Source: Minisyncoccota bacterium | GTDB taxonomy: Bacteria > Patescibacteriota > Minisyncoccia > Phycocordibacterales > CAIZLB01 | DNA length: 64,000 nt | Direction: 5' to 3' | NCBI GenBank assembly: GCA_021734945.1 | Contig: JAIPIA010000003.1 | Location: 92,895 to 156,894, forward strand | Shown: in pieces, positions 53,334 to 64,000 of the stretch | How positions within the stretch are numbered: position 1 is the stretch's first letter | How the letters are laid out: each line of letters opens with the position of its first letter | The notes under the pieces: generated by a model | Database searches by the model: none | What the model was told of the DNA's origin: nothing | Seen by the model: the letters and a program-made list of their open reading frames with translations, nothing else | Made by a program: the position numbers and the translations under genes

Positions 53334-55712
53334 ATGAAGAAACGAGACAAGAAAAAGCGAAACGACGAGGAAGAAAGTGAGACAACAAAAAGAATACAGC
53401 TCAAGGAAAGTACACTTAAAAGTGTATGGGGAATAGTACTTTTTGTTCTCTCAATTTTCTTTATATTAGCAGCATACGGAAACGGAGGACCAGTAGGTTT
53501 GTGGACTTTTGGCCATATTAAGACCCTGCTAGGCTATGGGTATTATTTACTACCTACCATTCTCCTTTTATTATCACTTTCATTCTTTGGAGATCAAGAA
53601 AGAAGCTTCCCACTATCAAAAGCACTCGGAGGAGTTCTTTTTGTACTTGCAGGACTAGGCCTATTTCATCTGGTGAGTGCCGAGAGTGGAGGTGTGGTTG
53701 GTAGATTACTAGCAACACCACTATTAGGTCTCTTTGATTACACCATCTCATTTATTAGTCTTTTAGCATTACTTATAATCTCAGTACTCATTATTTATGA
53801 CGCTGCTCTACGAGCTGAACACCTTATGTTCTGGAAGAAACTTCAGGCGACAAAAAAAGGGGCTTTGGAGGATGGAGAATTACTCGAAGATGCTGAGCAG
53901 GCAAAGATTGATGAAGCTACAAATAAGGCTAACCTAAAGGTTGGAAATAAAGGACAATCAATGTCTGATATAAAAGACAAGGGGTCAGATGAGCCTAATG
54001 AAGGTGCAGAGTCTAAAGGACAAGGTTCTGTTCTCGCGAACATTAAAAACAAACTGAGTAAGGGAAATGAAGCGGCACCTACTGATGAAATGATTCCCTC
54101 TCTCAGAAAGCCACTATTACTCGGAAAAGCTTTCGTTCCCCCTCCACTTTCACTACTTGAAAATGATCGTGGAAAACCTGGTGTTGGTGACATTAAAGCT
54201 AATGCAAATATTATTAAGAGAACTCTACAGAACTTCGGTATTGATGTTGAAATGGATGAGGTTTCAATCGGACCATCAGTAACTCGGTATGCGCTCAAAC
54301 CAGCAGAAGGTGTGAAGCTTTCAAAAATTCTTGGTCTTCAAAACAATCTCTCTCTTGCTCTTGCTGCTCACCCTATTCGTATAGAAGCACCTATTCCTGG
54401 TAAGTCACTTGTTGGTATTGAAATTCCAAACACAATCAAAACTACTGTAGGTCTCGGATCAATGCTTGCTCAAGAAGAATTTGTTAAATCAGAAAAACCA
54501 CTCATGGTTGCTCTTGGAAAAGGAATTTCAGGAAAATCTTATTTTGGGAACCTCGCAAAAATGCCACACCTTTTGATTGCTGGTGCAACTGGATCAGGAA
54601 AATCTGTAACAATTCAAGCTATAATCACTTCCCTACTCTATCGTAACTCTGCTGAAAATTTGCGAATGATTATGATTGACCCAAAACGAGTAGAACTTAC
54701 TCTTTGGAATAAAATTCCACATCTTCTCACTCCAGTTATTACAGACGCAAAGAAAGCTATACTTGCACTTAAATGGGCAGCAAAAGAAATGGACAGACGA
54801 TATAATGTACTTGAGAAACATACAGTTCGAGACATAGATTCATATCACAAAAATGTAGTTAGTCCTGCACTTGAAGCTCGAAAGAAAGATGGATTCATCG
54901 CAGGTGAAGAAGAGACTATTGATCCAATGCCATATATAGTAGTGATCATTGATGAGCTTGCAGATATTATGCAGACATACCCACGAGAACTTGAAGCGGG
55001 TATTGTGCGACTTGCTCAAATGTCACGAGCTGTAGGTATTCACCTTATTCTTTCAACTCAACGACCTTCAGTTAATGTAATTACAGGTCTTATCAAAGCC
55101 AACGTCCCTGCTCGTATTGCCCTTCAAGTAGCGTCGCAGATCGACTCACGAACTATTCTCGACATGCGTGGAGCTGAAGAACTACTAGGTGCTGGAGACA
55201 TGCTCTACCTTGGAAGTGAAATGCCAAACCCTCAGCGAGTACAGTCAGCATATGTATCAGAAACTGAACTCAAGAAAGTTGTTAATTATCTTATCGATAA
55301 TATGGATGCACTCCCTTCTGAGATCAGCATATCTGGTGAAAGTGTTACAAGTGGACCAAGTGCAGGAGGAGGCTTTGTAGACCCTATCTTTAGTTCAGCA
55401 ACTGGAGGAAGCAGTTTCGGTGATACAGGTTTTGGAGATGACGAAGAAGATGACGATGACCTCTATGAAGACGCTAAGCAGACTGTTATTGAAGCAGGTA
55501 AAGCCTCAACATCATATATACAAAGAAAACTTCGAGTTGGTTATGCTCGAGCAGCTCGACTTATGGATATTCTAGAATCACGAGGAGTGATTGGCCCTGC
55601 AGACGGCGCAAAACCTAGAGAAATCTTGGTAGGTAAGGAAAATAGTGGGAATGAATCTGGTTCAGACAATAATGAGGAACAAGAAGAAACCGCTGCTGAA
55701 ATGAATCTTTAG
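53334..55712 (+). CDS. ftsK: DNA translocase FtsK
   Basis: 4TM N-terminus, GATGSGKS, IDPKRVEL, IIDELAD, TQRPSV, QRKLRVGYARAARL gamma domain. Confidence 0.97.
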   Translation: MKKRDKKKRNDEEESETTKRIQLKESTLKSVWGIVLFVLSIFFILAAYGNGGPVGLWTFGHIKTLLGYGYYLLPTILLLLSLSFFGDQERSFPLSKALGGVLFVLAGLGLFHLVSAESGGVVGRLLATPLLGLFDYTISFISLLALLIISVLIIYDAALRAEHLMFWKKLQATKKGALEDGELLEDAEQAKIDEATNKANLKVGNKGQSMSDIKDKGSDEPNEGAESKGQGSVLANIKNKLSKGNEAAPTDEMIPSLRKPLLLGKAFVPPPLSLLENDRGKPGVGDIKANANIIKRTLQNFGIDVEMDEVSIGPSVTRYALKPAEGVKLSKILGLQNNLSLALAAHPIRIEAPIPGKSLVGIEIPNTIKTTVGLGSMLAQEEFVKSEKPLMVALGKGISGKSYFGNLAKMPHLLIAGATGSGKSVTIQAIITSLLYRNSAENLRMIMIDPKRVELTLWNKIPHLLTPVITDAKKAILALKWAAKEMDRRYNVLEKHTVRDIDSYHKNVVSPALEARKKDGFIAGEEETIDPMPYIVVIIDELADIMQTYPRELEAGIVRLAQMSRAVGIHLILSTQRPSVNVITGLIKANVPARIALQVASQIDSRTILDMRGAEELLGAGDMLYLGSEMPNPQRVQSAYVSETELKKVVNYLIDNMDALPSEISISGESVTSGPSAGGGFVDPIFSSATGGSSFGDTGFGDDEEDDDDLYEDAKQTVIEAGKASTSYIQRKLRVGYARAARLMDILESRGVIGPADGAKPREILVGKENSGNESGSDNNEEQEETAAEMNL

Positions 55713-55746
55713 AGAAAATTGAACGAAAATTTAACACCTACAATAT

Positions 55747-56106
55747 ATGATTAAACCGTACGAAGATGGCAAACTGATAATTAAAACCTTGTTTATAGCC
55801 TTTTTCGTACTTATTATTGTCGGCTATGGAATTTTTCAATCAAAAAAGATAATAAGCGGACCTAAAATAGTCATTAGTTCCCCTATCACTGGGCAAACTC
55901 TCAATAAAAGTGACATAGACATCACTGGAGTAGCGACAAACATATCAGCTATTTCATTGAACGATCGGCCTATCTTCATAGATGAGTCAGGAAAATTTAG
56001 TGAAAAATTGATGCTATACCCAGGGTATAATATAATAAAGCTTAGAGCAGAGGATAAGTTCGGTTCAAAAGTAGAAAAAGATTTAGAGTTAGTTTATCAG
56101 ATATAA
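55747..56106 (+). CDS. Small membrane-anchored Ig-like protein
   Basis: TM helix, GP.I.I.SP, G.F...L.L.PG.N.I...A.D..G. Confidence 0.7.
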   Translation: MIKPYEDGKLIIKTLFIAFFVLIIVGYGIFQSKKIISGPKIVISSPITGQTLNKSDIDITGVATNISAISLNDRPIFIDESGKFSEKLMLYPGYNIIKLRAEDKFGSKVEKDLELVYQI

Positions 56107-56194
56107 TTCAGAGAATAGCGCCGCGTCAAAATGACGGTTGGGCTTGTGCCCAGCACGAACTTGAGGTTCGCATAATTTCGCAAAATCAAATCAC

Positions 56195-57349
56195 ATGGCA
56201 AAATTTACAAAAAAACCAGCAAACAGCAAGAATAAAAATTCAAAACAAGCAGCACCTAAAACAACTGACCAGTCAGAAAAAATAGCAGAAAATTTAGAGG
56301 TAAATGAAGAGACAAACCTTGAAGAAGAAACTCTATCGTCGTCTTCAAAAACAAAGAAAAGCGACGCAATGGCTTCATCTATAAAAGATACTCTTGCCGA
56401 AATCAAAACAAAGTTCGGTGAGGATTCTATTATGAAACTTGGAGACAAACCAAAAGTAAATGTTAATGTTATTCCTACTGGATCAATAGGTCTTGATGCA
56501 GCGCTTGGTGTAGGAGGTATGCCACGAGGAAGAATCATCGAAATATTCGGGCCTGAGTCATCAGGTAAGACTACCCTCTCACTCCATGTTATCGCTGAAG
56601 CACAAAAGATGGGTGGTGTATGTGCGTTCATCGACGCAGAACACGCAATGGACCCAGAGTATTCAAAACGACTTGGTGTAAAGATTGATGAACTTCTTAT
56701 TTCACAACCTGATCACGGAGAACAAGCTTTAGAGATCGTAGAAAGCCTCGTGCGTTCTGGAAAAATAGATGTGATTGTTATTGACTCAGTTGCTGCCCTT
56801 ACTCCAAAGGATGAAATCGAGGGAGATATGGGAGCGCACCACGTAGGTAAACAAGCTCGACTTATGTCACAAGCTCTCCGAAAGTTAACAAGTATCGTAG
56901 CTAAGTCTAAAACTGTAGTTATTTTTATAAACCAAATTCGAATGCAAATTGGTGTTATGTTCGGTAACCCAGAAACAACTCCCGGAGGAAAGGCTCTCAA
57001 GTTTTATACATCCGTCCGACTCGATATTCGACGAATTGCCCAGATTAAAAAAGGTGAAGAAATTATGGGAGGCAGAGTTCGAGTGAAAGTTGTAAAAAAC
57101 AAAGTTGCTGCTCCATTCAAACAAACAGAGTTTGACCTTATGTACAACGAAGGTATTTCACGAGAAGGTGAAATGATTGCCCTCGGCGAAAAAATGGGAA
57201 TCATTACTAAAAGTGGTACAAGTTACTCATATGGAGAAGAGAAGCTCGGACGAGGATATGATGCAACTCGTCAGTTCCTACGAGACAACAAACCAACAGC
57301 TGATAAGATTATGAAAGAGATTCGAGTGAAACTTAAGGAGCTCGAATAA
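56195..57349 (+). CDS. recA: Recombinase RecA with N-terminal extension
   Basis: [35 protein letters not shown]. Confidence 0.99.
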   Translation: MAKFTKKPANSKNKNSKQAAPKTTDQSEKIAENLEVNEETNLEEETLSSSSKTKKSDAMASSIKDTLAEIKTKFGEDSIMKLGDKPKVNVNVIPTGSIGLDAALGVGGMPRGRIIEIFGPESSGKTTLSLHVIAEAQKMGGVCAFIDAEHAMDPEYSKRLGVKIDELLISQPDHGEQALEIVESLVRSGKIDVIVIDSVAALTPKDEIEGDMGAHHVGKQARLMSQALRKLTSIVAKSKTVVIFINQIRMQIGVMFGNPETTPGGKALKFYTSVRLDIRRIAQIKKGEEIMGGRVRVKVVKNKVAAPFKQTEFDLMYNEGISREGEMIALGEKMGIITKSGTSYSYGEEKLGRGYDATRQFLRDNKPTADKIMKEIRVKLKELE

Positions 57350-57467
57350 AACTCTGACGATAGGAAAAGAGGTACCAAAACAAAAAACCGTATCACTCAA
57401 AAAGGTGCGGTTTTTGTTTTTTAGTGAGGTAATAGAATAAGTATGCCACTCGATGAATTTTCTACTT

Positions 57468-57935
57468 TTAAAAAACAGTCGGTTCAGTTTCAAAACTTTC
57501 CACTTTTGAGAAGTCCGCAGAATATCGCATTACACCCTTGAATCTTTCTCCGTCCATTATTCTCTTAAACCATAATTGGTCACCAGCAAGCATTTGGTCA
57601 TAAGGCAATGAAGATAGATTGAATCGTTCTGGAACCCCCATCTCATCGCTTCCCTTTGGCTCTCCTACCCATTCATTTGCAATAAATATGTCACATGAAA
57701 ACTGTGGCTTTTCTCCTGTGTAAAAATCAATACTCGCAGCGAGTTCTATTTTATCAGGATTAATCTGGGCACTGCACTCCTCGTGTGTTTCTCGTATCGC
57801 GCACTGTCTTGATGTTTCTTCTCCATCTACCTTACCCCCATATCCATTATAAAAACCTGCGCCTACCTTACTTTTTTTCTTAGCTAAGATTACTTCCCCG
57901 TTTCGAACTAGGAAACAAATTGTTGCTTTTTTCAT
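57468..57935 (-). CDS. NUDIX hydrolase, 8-oxo-dGTPase-like
   Basis: NGYGGKV..E....CAIRETHEE Nudix box, SDEM.P, LPY..M...D..W. Confidence 0.88.
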   Translation of the reverse strand: MKKATICFLVRNGEVILAKKKSKVGAGFYNGYGGKVDGEETSRQCAIRETHEECSAQINPDKIELAASIDFYTGEKPQFSCDIFIANEWVGEPKGSDEMGVPERFNLSSLPYDQMLAGDQLWFKRIMDGERFKGVMRYSADFSKVESFETEPTVF

Positions 57936-58573
57936 TTTATTAAATAAATACTACACCCTGAATAGGAACTGTAAAGTTCCACTAAGACTCAATTGATATA
58001 GAATAAAAAACAATAAACGCCCTACAAATGAGGACGTCTTAACTGGAAATTATCAGGGTCAAACAGGAAAGCGAAGCTTGACCGCTACTTTATGCAATTG
58101 TGATTATACATTTCCAGCATCGGATATATATATTGCTAATTTCGCGGTCTCACTTAAGCGATAACCCAGCTGACAAGAGATATTGGCTCTCTCAAAAAAA
58201 GGAACAAATCGCGTTCTCTGTATTTTTGGAAGTATCTCAGCGTTCAGTGAAAAAATCTTGATTCAGGACAAATACTTCATCTAACTGTTTGAGTGCAATA
58301 AAGTCTTTTTGCGTTTGGAAGGCGGATTACTCACCTAGAATAGCTAAATCGACTTAATTAAAAGTATATCTGTATTTTCATAATTACCCAAACTTAAGTC
58401 TCCTTATGTACTGTTCGTACCCAAATCGACCCCACAAGACACACTGGACTTATCCCCCACTTTTGACTAGAATAGCCTTATTATATCGATTAATTAAGTG
58501 CTATCCGGGACTCGCAGAAATGTTCATCATAATGCCTTTCGTCGTCAGCATATAAGCAAAAACAACAAATATC

Positions 58574-59143
58574 ATGTTAGATTACAACGAAATTACAGTA
58601 CGAAAATATATAGTATTCGAAGGTGAACCATATGAAGTTCTCTCTTCTCACGTGTTCCGAAAGCAAATGCGAAAGCCTGTAAACGCAACAAAGCTCAAGA
58701 ACCTCATTTCAGGACGAGTTGTAGAACATTCATTCAGTGCACAGGACAAAGCAGAAGAAGCAGAAATCGACACTCGAAAGGTGAAGTTTTTATTTGAAAA
58801 CCGTGGCGAGTGGATGTTCTGTGAGGAGAATGATCCTAGTAAACGATTTAACATCAAAGCAGAGCTTCTAGGTGCGACTGGTCAGTTTATGAAGCCAAAT
58901 TCACTTGTTGAAGTGCTTTCATTTGATGAGAAACCTTTCAGTGTAAAACTCCCTATTAAAGTAGAACTCAAAGTTACAGATGCTCCACATGCTGTTAAAG
59001 GAGATACTGCAAAAGGTGGCAACAAAGTAATCACACTTGAAACTGGAGCAACTATCACAGCACCTATGTTCGTTGCAGAAGGTGATGTCGTGAGAGTAAA
59101 CACAGAAACTGGCGAGTACGTAGAACGAGTGTCCAACAAATAA
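58574..59143 (+). CDS. efp: Elongation factor P
   Basis: KLKNLISG, KGDTA, LETG....PMFV..GD...VNT.TGEYVER. Confidence 0.96.
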   Translation: MLDYNEITVRKYIVFEGEPYEVLSSHVFRKQMRKPVNATKLKNLISGRVVEHSFSAQDKAEEAEIDTRKVKFLFENRGEWMFCEENDPSKRFNIKAELLGATGQFMKPNSLVEVLSFDEKPFSVKLPIKVELKVTDAPHAVKGDTAKGGNKVITLETGATITAPMFVAEGDVVRVNTETGEYVERVSNK

Positions 59144-59240
59144 ATCTTAGAATTTATTATTTCAACAAAAAAGACCCCCTCTTTCGAGAAGGTCTTTTTT
59201 GTTTTCACGTATAGTGAGCAAATTGCAACTATGTAAGTAA

Positions 59241-59447
59241 CTAGTTTGCTACGTAAGGAAGGAGTGCCATGAATCGCGCTCGCTTGATTGCAGTAGCTAG
59301 CTGTCGCTGTGACTTAGCTGTAACACCAGATCGCTTTCGTCCGATGATTCGTCCATGAGGGTTGATGAATTTTGAGATAACATCAGTATCCTTATAGTCG
59401 ATATGCTTTATGTTGTTTTGTGAAAAATAACACTGTTTAGTAATCAT
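59241..59447 (-). CDS. rpsR: 30S ribosomal protein S18
   Basis: IDYKD, QRQLATAIKRARFMALLPY. Confidence 0.98.
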   Translation of the reverse strand: MITKQCYFSQNNIKHIDYKDTDVISKFINPHGRIIGRKRSGVTAKSQRQLATAIKRARFMALLPYVAN

Positions 59448-59557
59448 TTGTGATTTTGCGAAATCACGTCGAGCGACTGAGTCTGTTGATTCATGTCGTG
59501 TCGAGTCCTTTTAGACACGACCGCTTGGCTCGACGCTTATTCTTTTAAGTTTAGAAA

Positions 59558-60055
59558 CTAGAAAGGAATATCTTCAGGATTGATTTCTTCTTCAGGGTAG
59601 TCTACTGATGGGAATGAATCTGTATCTTCAGATTTACTTGCCGCTTTAGCAGGGGCAGATGATGCAGAGTTGCCGTATGATGGCTTTGAACCTGCTGCAC
59701 CGCCTGAACTACTAGAGGCACCGTCACCAGGTCTGTTTCCAAACTGGATTCGATCTGCAACTACTTCTGTTCGATACTGCTTCTTTCCGTCCTGACCATC
59801 CCATGACCGTGTTTGCATTCGTCCTTCTACAAGTACTGAGCTGCCTTTTTTGAGGTACTGAGCTGCAGTCTCTGCTTGTCGTCCGAATACTACTACGTTG
59901 TGATAATCAGTGCTTTCTTGTTTCGCGCCATTTTGGTCCTTCCAGACACGGTTTGTTGCTACTGAAATACTTGCTACTTGTATACCTGAAGGGAGAGCTT
60001 TCAACTCTGGATCCCTTGTCAAATTTCCGATAATTAATGCTTTGTTTAGATACAT
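59558..60055 (-). CDS. ssb: Single-stranded DNA-binding protein
   Basis: NKALIIGNLTRDPE, VEGRMQTRSW, EDIPF C-terminus. Confidence 0.98.
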   Translation of the reverse strand: MYLNKALIIGNLTRDPELKALPSGIQVASISVATNRVWKDQNGAKQESTDYHNVVVFGRQAETAAQYLKKGSSVLVEGRMQTRSWDGQDGKKQYRTEVVADRIQFGNRPGDGASSSSGGAAGSKPSYGNSASSAPAKAASKSEDTDSFPSVDYPEEEINPEDIPF

Positions 60056-60251
60056 GTTTGTATTGTATCAGTTATATACCTTGATCCAAATACTTGACCA
60101 TCACAGCTAAAGTGTGACATCCAGTGCGCCTATGTCGGGGCATAACACCTCTGTCATCTAATCATTCAACTTTGACGAACTAGTATAAAGATTTGCAAAA
60201 CTGATTTTAAAATGAATTTTATAAATCAATAATGCTAAAAGCTTTTTAAGC

Positions 60252-60785
60252 TTATTCTGCGATTGGAGTTTCCTCTATAGAAGTTACAGGAGTTTCATCT
60301 GCTGAGGCAGCTACAGTTTCTACAACTGCATCTACTACAACTTCAGCTTCTGAACTAGCTTCTTTTGATCCACCTTTCTTTGACGCTGCTAAAGTAGCTG
60401 CTGATACGGCTTCTCTACTACCAACGAGAGTATTTTCTCGTACAGTTGTAATGATAATGTATCGTAGGATTGATTCAAACGCTTTTACCTCTTTTTCGAT
60501 TGGTGCAATTTCCTCAGGATTAACTGCGAATTTTACCCATCCGAAAAAAGCAGAAGTGTATCGCTTTTTCGTAGCCTTAACAGTCTTTGAAATCTCGTAG
60601 GCGAGTTTGGTCATTTGAGGTGTCTCCTCAGAAATGAACGTACCCCCTTTCTTTTCAATCAAAGACTTTAGGTGTGAAAACTGAACCACTACCTCGTCTT
60701 CAGAAAGAGTTGGAACAAAATGAAAACCTAGTTCGTAAACTTGGATTCCCTCTTGTCGCTCATGTTGTTCTGTTTTTGTTGACAT
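60252..60785 (-). CDS. rpsF: 30S ribosomal protein S6
   Basis: YEL, LAYEI.K, ILRYII; rpsF-ssb-rpsR order. Confidence 0.93.
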   Translation of the reverse strand: MSTKTEQHERQEGIQVYELGFHFVPTLSEDEVVVQFSHLKSLIEKKGGTFISEETPQMTKLAYEISKTVKATKKRYTSAFFGWVKFAVNPEEIAPIEKEVKAFESILRYIIITTVRENTLVGSREAVSAATLAASKKGGSKEASSEAEVVVDAVVETVAASADETPVTSIEETPIAE

Positions 60786-60889
60786 GGCGTACACATTATC
60801 ACAAGAAATACGTAGGTGCAACCTTATACATCACCACTTTAATGCATATATATTGCCAAAATACGGCTCAAATAAAGGGTATATTGAAC

Positions 60890-61828
60890 TTAGAAATCTA
60901 GCTTAAATTGTTCTTTGGCATTCTGTATAAGTGTCTTTCTCACTAATTCTTCATCTATCCCCTTTATGCGAGCAATGGCTTTGACAACCTCTATTACAAA
61001 GACTGGTTCATTACGCTTACCTCTATGTGGTGTAGGTGCGACAAAAGGACAATCTGTCTCAGAAAGCATGTCCTCGAGAGGTACATGGTTTACCAAATCT
61101 TCATATTGCTTGGCAAATGTAATAACCCCTGTGAACGAAACAGTAAACCCTCTATTTAAGAATGCTTGCGCCTCTTCGACAGTTCCAGCGAAGAAGTGAG
61201 CATTCCCTCGCAATTTTGCACCATGAGTAATAAATTCCTCATCAAGAATTTCTAAAATTTTTCCATACGACTCACGAGCATGAATCATAATTGGTTTGTC
61301 ATATTTAACAGCGAGTTGAATTTGTTTTCGGAAAACTGTTTCCTGAATGATAAGGAGATTCGCTCGGTCCTTAGGATTATCGAGATCTGGAGGAAGTTTA
61401 AAGATATCTATACCACACTCTCCTACTCCAACAGTCTTTGGATGTGCAACCAATTTTTCAAATTCGACCTCATCAAAATCTTCACTGTAATCGTGTGAGT
61501 AATGTGCAGAAATTACATCTTGTACAGTGTTCGTATTTTTTGACTCGCCGTCTTTGTTGAGGTTTGAATCAACTGTTTGTTGTTCTGAGTCTGTCTGGTC
61601 TTTATCATACTTAACATGGAGTGGGTGCATTCCAACAATTGCATATACTCCAGATTCATACTGTTCTGCGAGCTTTACAATGTCCCGAGAGGCTTCTAAA
61701 GTTGTTCCAACGTTTATTATAGCCACACCTTCTGCATGAGCACGAGCAATAACCTCAGCTCTATCAGTATCATAATTTGGAAAATTTACATGAGCGTGAC
61801 AATCTATGTGGGTAAATTTGTTTGGCAT
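60890..61828 (-). CDS. tatD: TatD family nuclease
   Basis: DCHAH, GMHP, VGECGID, IHAR, ETDCPF, RNEP. Confidence 0.93.
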   Translation of the reverse strand: MPNKFTHIDCHAHVNFPNYDTDRAEVIARAHAEGVAIINVGTTLEASRDIVKLAEQYESGVYAIVGMHPLHVKYDKDQTDSEQQTVDSNLNKDGESKNTNTVQDVISAHYSHDYSEDFDEVEFEKLVAHPKTVGVGECGIDIFKLPPDLDNPKDRANLLIIQETVFRKQIQLAVKYDKPIMIHARESYGKILEILDEEFITHGAKLRGNAHFFAGTVEEAQAFLNRGFTVSFTGVITFAKQYEDLVNHVPLEDMLSETDCPFVAPTPHRGKRNEPVFVIEVVKAIARIKGIDEELVRKTLIQNAKEQFKLDF

Positions 61829-61833
61829 AAATT

Positions 61834-63318
61834 TTAATCCTTTCTTAAAAACAATGCTTCTTCTGGCATCTTGTTTGCTTTCACTGCTGTTTTTATTTTC
61901 TCTGATGTTGATGGAATAATTGGGTTCAACATTCGCGCAATACTATATAGTCGCACCACTAGATCTCGAATGATTTCCTTACCCTTTTCTTCATCTGTCT
62001 TTACAAGCTTGAAAGGCTGTTCATTTTGGATAATAAAATTTGCTTCTTCAACGTGCTTCCAAATATAAGCTGAAACTTTTACAAGGTCATATGAATCATA
62101 AAGTGCGAAGTATTCTGCATCAAGACTTTGTTCTGGAATATCAGCTTGTTCCTCTACTTCAACAAGGTACGTCTCTGCCATTTTCATGACACGATTTGTG
62201 AGATTACCTATACCATTTGCAAGCTTTGCATTATAAGACTCCTTGAAACGCTCAGGTGTAAATGGACTATCCTCAAAAGGAGAGAGTTCTGCTACGCAAA
62301 AATATCGAAGGGCGTCTGTGCCTGCGCCAGCAGCGCCGCCATATTCAGCAACTATGTCATATGGATTCACTACGTTTCCAATAGACTTAGACATTTTTAT
62401 ACCTCCTTCACCAGTTAAAAATCCATCAATTACAATCTGATGAGAATTTGGAAGACTAGCAGCCATAAGCATTGCTTGCCACATTGCAGACTGCTGACGC
62501 AAATTATCCTTACCGCAATATTGTGTAGGAGTTCCATTTTTCCAAAATTTATTAAAATCACTATTTGTGTCAGATTCACCTTCTGGCCATCCGAGCGTAG
62601 AAATATAACTTACAAGAGCATCAAACCATACATACATTACGTGTTTATCATCACCTGGAACTGGAACACCCCATGACATTTTTTCTTTAAGGCGTGAAAT
62701 ACTGAAATCCTGTAGACCACGCTCAACAAAACTCTTGATTTCATTAAAACGAAAATCTGGAACTACAAAAGTTGGATTTTCTGAATAATAGTCGAGAAGT
62801 TTCGAACCAAACTCTGAAAATTTAAAAAAATAATTTTCTTCATTTACCAACTCAAGCTCCTTACCTGGATGAATTGGACATCGTCCATCAACAAGTTCTG
62901 AATCAGTTTTCTCAAGTTCGCATCCCACGCAGTATTTTGCTTGATATGTTTTTTTGTAAATAAAACCATTTGCATCACATCGTTTCCAGAAAGCCGTTGC
63001 TGCTTGAATATGCTTCGCATCAGTTGTTCGTATGAAATGCACGTCATCTGAAATTCCAAGTAAATCTTTAAGACCTCTGAACTTCTCAGCATAAAAATCT
63101 ACATACTCTTCTACATTCTTCCCTTCTTTTTCAGCTGCATCAAAAAGCTTCTGTCCATGCTCATCTGTGCCAGTATTGAAAAACACATTATAACCTTGTA
63201 ACTTTTTAGCACGTGCTACTACGTCAGCTCGAATAAGTTCCATAGCAAAACCAACGTGAGGCTCGGCATTTACATAAGGGAGGGTCGTCGTAATATAGAA
63301 TGTTTTTGAATCAGTCAT
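61834..63318 (-). CDS. metG: Methionine-tRNA ligase
   Basis: YVNAEPHVGF (HIGH-like), GTDEHG, YVWFDAL, KMSKS. Confidence 0.97.
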   Translation of the reverse strand: MTDSKTFYITTTLPYVNAEPHVGFAMELIRADVVARAKKLQGYNVFFNTGTDEHGQKLFDAAEKEGKNVEEYVDFYAEKFRGLKDLLGISDDVHFIRTTDAKHIQAATAFWKRCDANGFIYKKTYQAKYCVGCELEKTDSELVDGRCPIHPGKELELVNEENYFFKFSEFGSKLLDYYSENPTFVVPDFRFNEIKSFVERGLQDFSISRLKEKMSWGVPVPGDDKHVMYVWFDALVSYISTLGWPEGESDTNSDFNKFWKNGTPTQYCGKDNLRQQSAMWQAMLMAASLPNSHQIVIDGFLTGEGGIKMSKSIGNVVNPYDIVAEYGGAAGAGTDALRYFCVAELSPFEDSPFTPERFKESYNAKLANGIGNLTNRVMKMAETYLVEVEEQADIPEQSLDAEYFALYDSYDLVKVSAYIWKHVEEANFIIQNEQPFKLVKTDEEKGKEIIRDLVVRLYSIARMLNPIIPSTSEKIKTAVKANKMPEEALFLRKD

Positions 63319-63361
63319 TATCAAGAAATACTAGCACACGCTTTGTTTTTTATAAATAAGC

Positions 63362-64000
63362 TTAGATCTTCACCTCCTCTTCTACCTCAGGTGTAACAAA
63401 GCGCTTCTTTCGCTCTACATCATCAATGAATTCCATAAGCGCTACAGAGAGCGGAACTGCCAAAAGTGCCCCCACAAGCCCTGCAAGCTGTGCCCCAGCA
63501 ACGAGAGCGATGATTACGAGAAGTGGAGGGACTCCGATAACTTTCTTTACTACAAGTGGATATACGAGGTGTGACTCTATCTGCTGGATAACTACATACA
63601 CAGCCACCACAATGAGTCCAAGACCAAGTCCTCCGTCGAGCATAGCCAGTAAGAACGCTGGAATAACAGACAATGTGAGACCTATAATAGGTACAAGTTC
63701 AAAAACTCCAGCAAGGAAGGCAAGAAGAAGTGGATGTGGAATTCCAACCACGAGAAGAGAGAGGTAGGTCACTAAGCCAATAGATAGAGCAAGCAAAATC
63801 TGACCTTGCATCCATCTTCCAATCTTGTGCTGTGAACGTTGCCAAAGGCCTTTTACATATCGTTCGTGTCGAAGAGGTGTGATAATACTTAGAAATTCCC
63901 CCACTCCATCTTCTCGAACTGAAAGATAAAACGAAATAACAATTACCAAAACTATACTAATAATACCCCCAAAAAAACTAGTAATTGTATCAAATATTCC
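63362..64000 (-). CDS. AI-2E/PerM family transporter (5' end beyond window edge)
   Basis: W..GQ, ELVPIIG, QQIESHLVYP, G..GALLAVP. Confidence 0.9.
   Translation of the reverse strand, partial: GIFDTITSFFGGIISIVLVIVISFYLSVREDGVGEFLSIITPLRHERYVKGLWQRSQHKIGRWMQGQILLALSIGLVTYLSLLVVGIPHPLLLAFLAGVFELVPIIGLTLSVIPAFLLAMLDGGLGLGLIVVAVYVVIQQIESHLVYPLVVKKVIGVPPLLVIIALVAGAQLAGLVGALLAVPLSVALMEFIDDVERKKRFVTPEVEEEVKI

Overview
AT-rich, code-11 chromosomal segment of a Patescibacteria/CPR bacterium, most likely Parcubacteria (16S signatures, VirD4-like ATPase, GYAWSENIGW-repeat protein, peptidoglycan-binding S-layer-like protein). It carries secA (partial), a surface-glycan cluster, housekeeping genes (pyk, secDF, rodA, rplJL, ftsK, recA, efp, rpsF-ssb-rpsR, tatD, metG) and a split rRNA set: a 23S-tRNA(GTT)-5S unit, then about 9 kb downstream a separately promoted 16S, then tRNA-Ile. 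The best candidate for an undescribed system is in the 23S gene. Two ORF-less group I introns (E. coli positions ~2262 and 2593) share a 5' module: U|UCAG ... CUGAAC-N-[10-nt antisense to their own 5' exon, -4 to -13]-2/3 nt-GARGACRUCA. This forms a long helix over the 5' splice site that competes with the real internal guide sequence, so it looks like a target-matched splicing switch or guide. Also notable: the 16S tail lacks the anti-Shine-Dalgarno and many genes look leaderless; the tRNA(GTT) has His-like G-1:C73 identity; there is an unannotated 31-aa histone-like peptide and a glycosyltransferase with an in-frame TAG. All calls are by eye with no database searches, and RNA ends are approximate.
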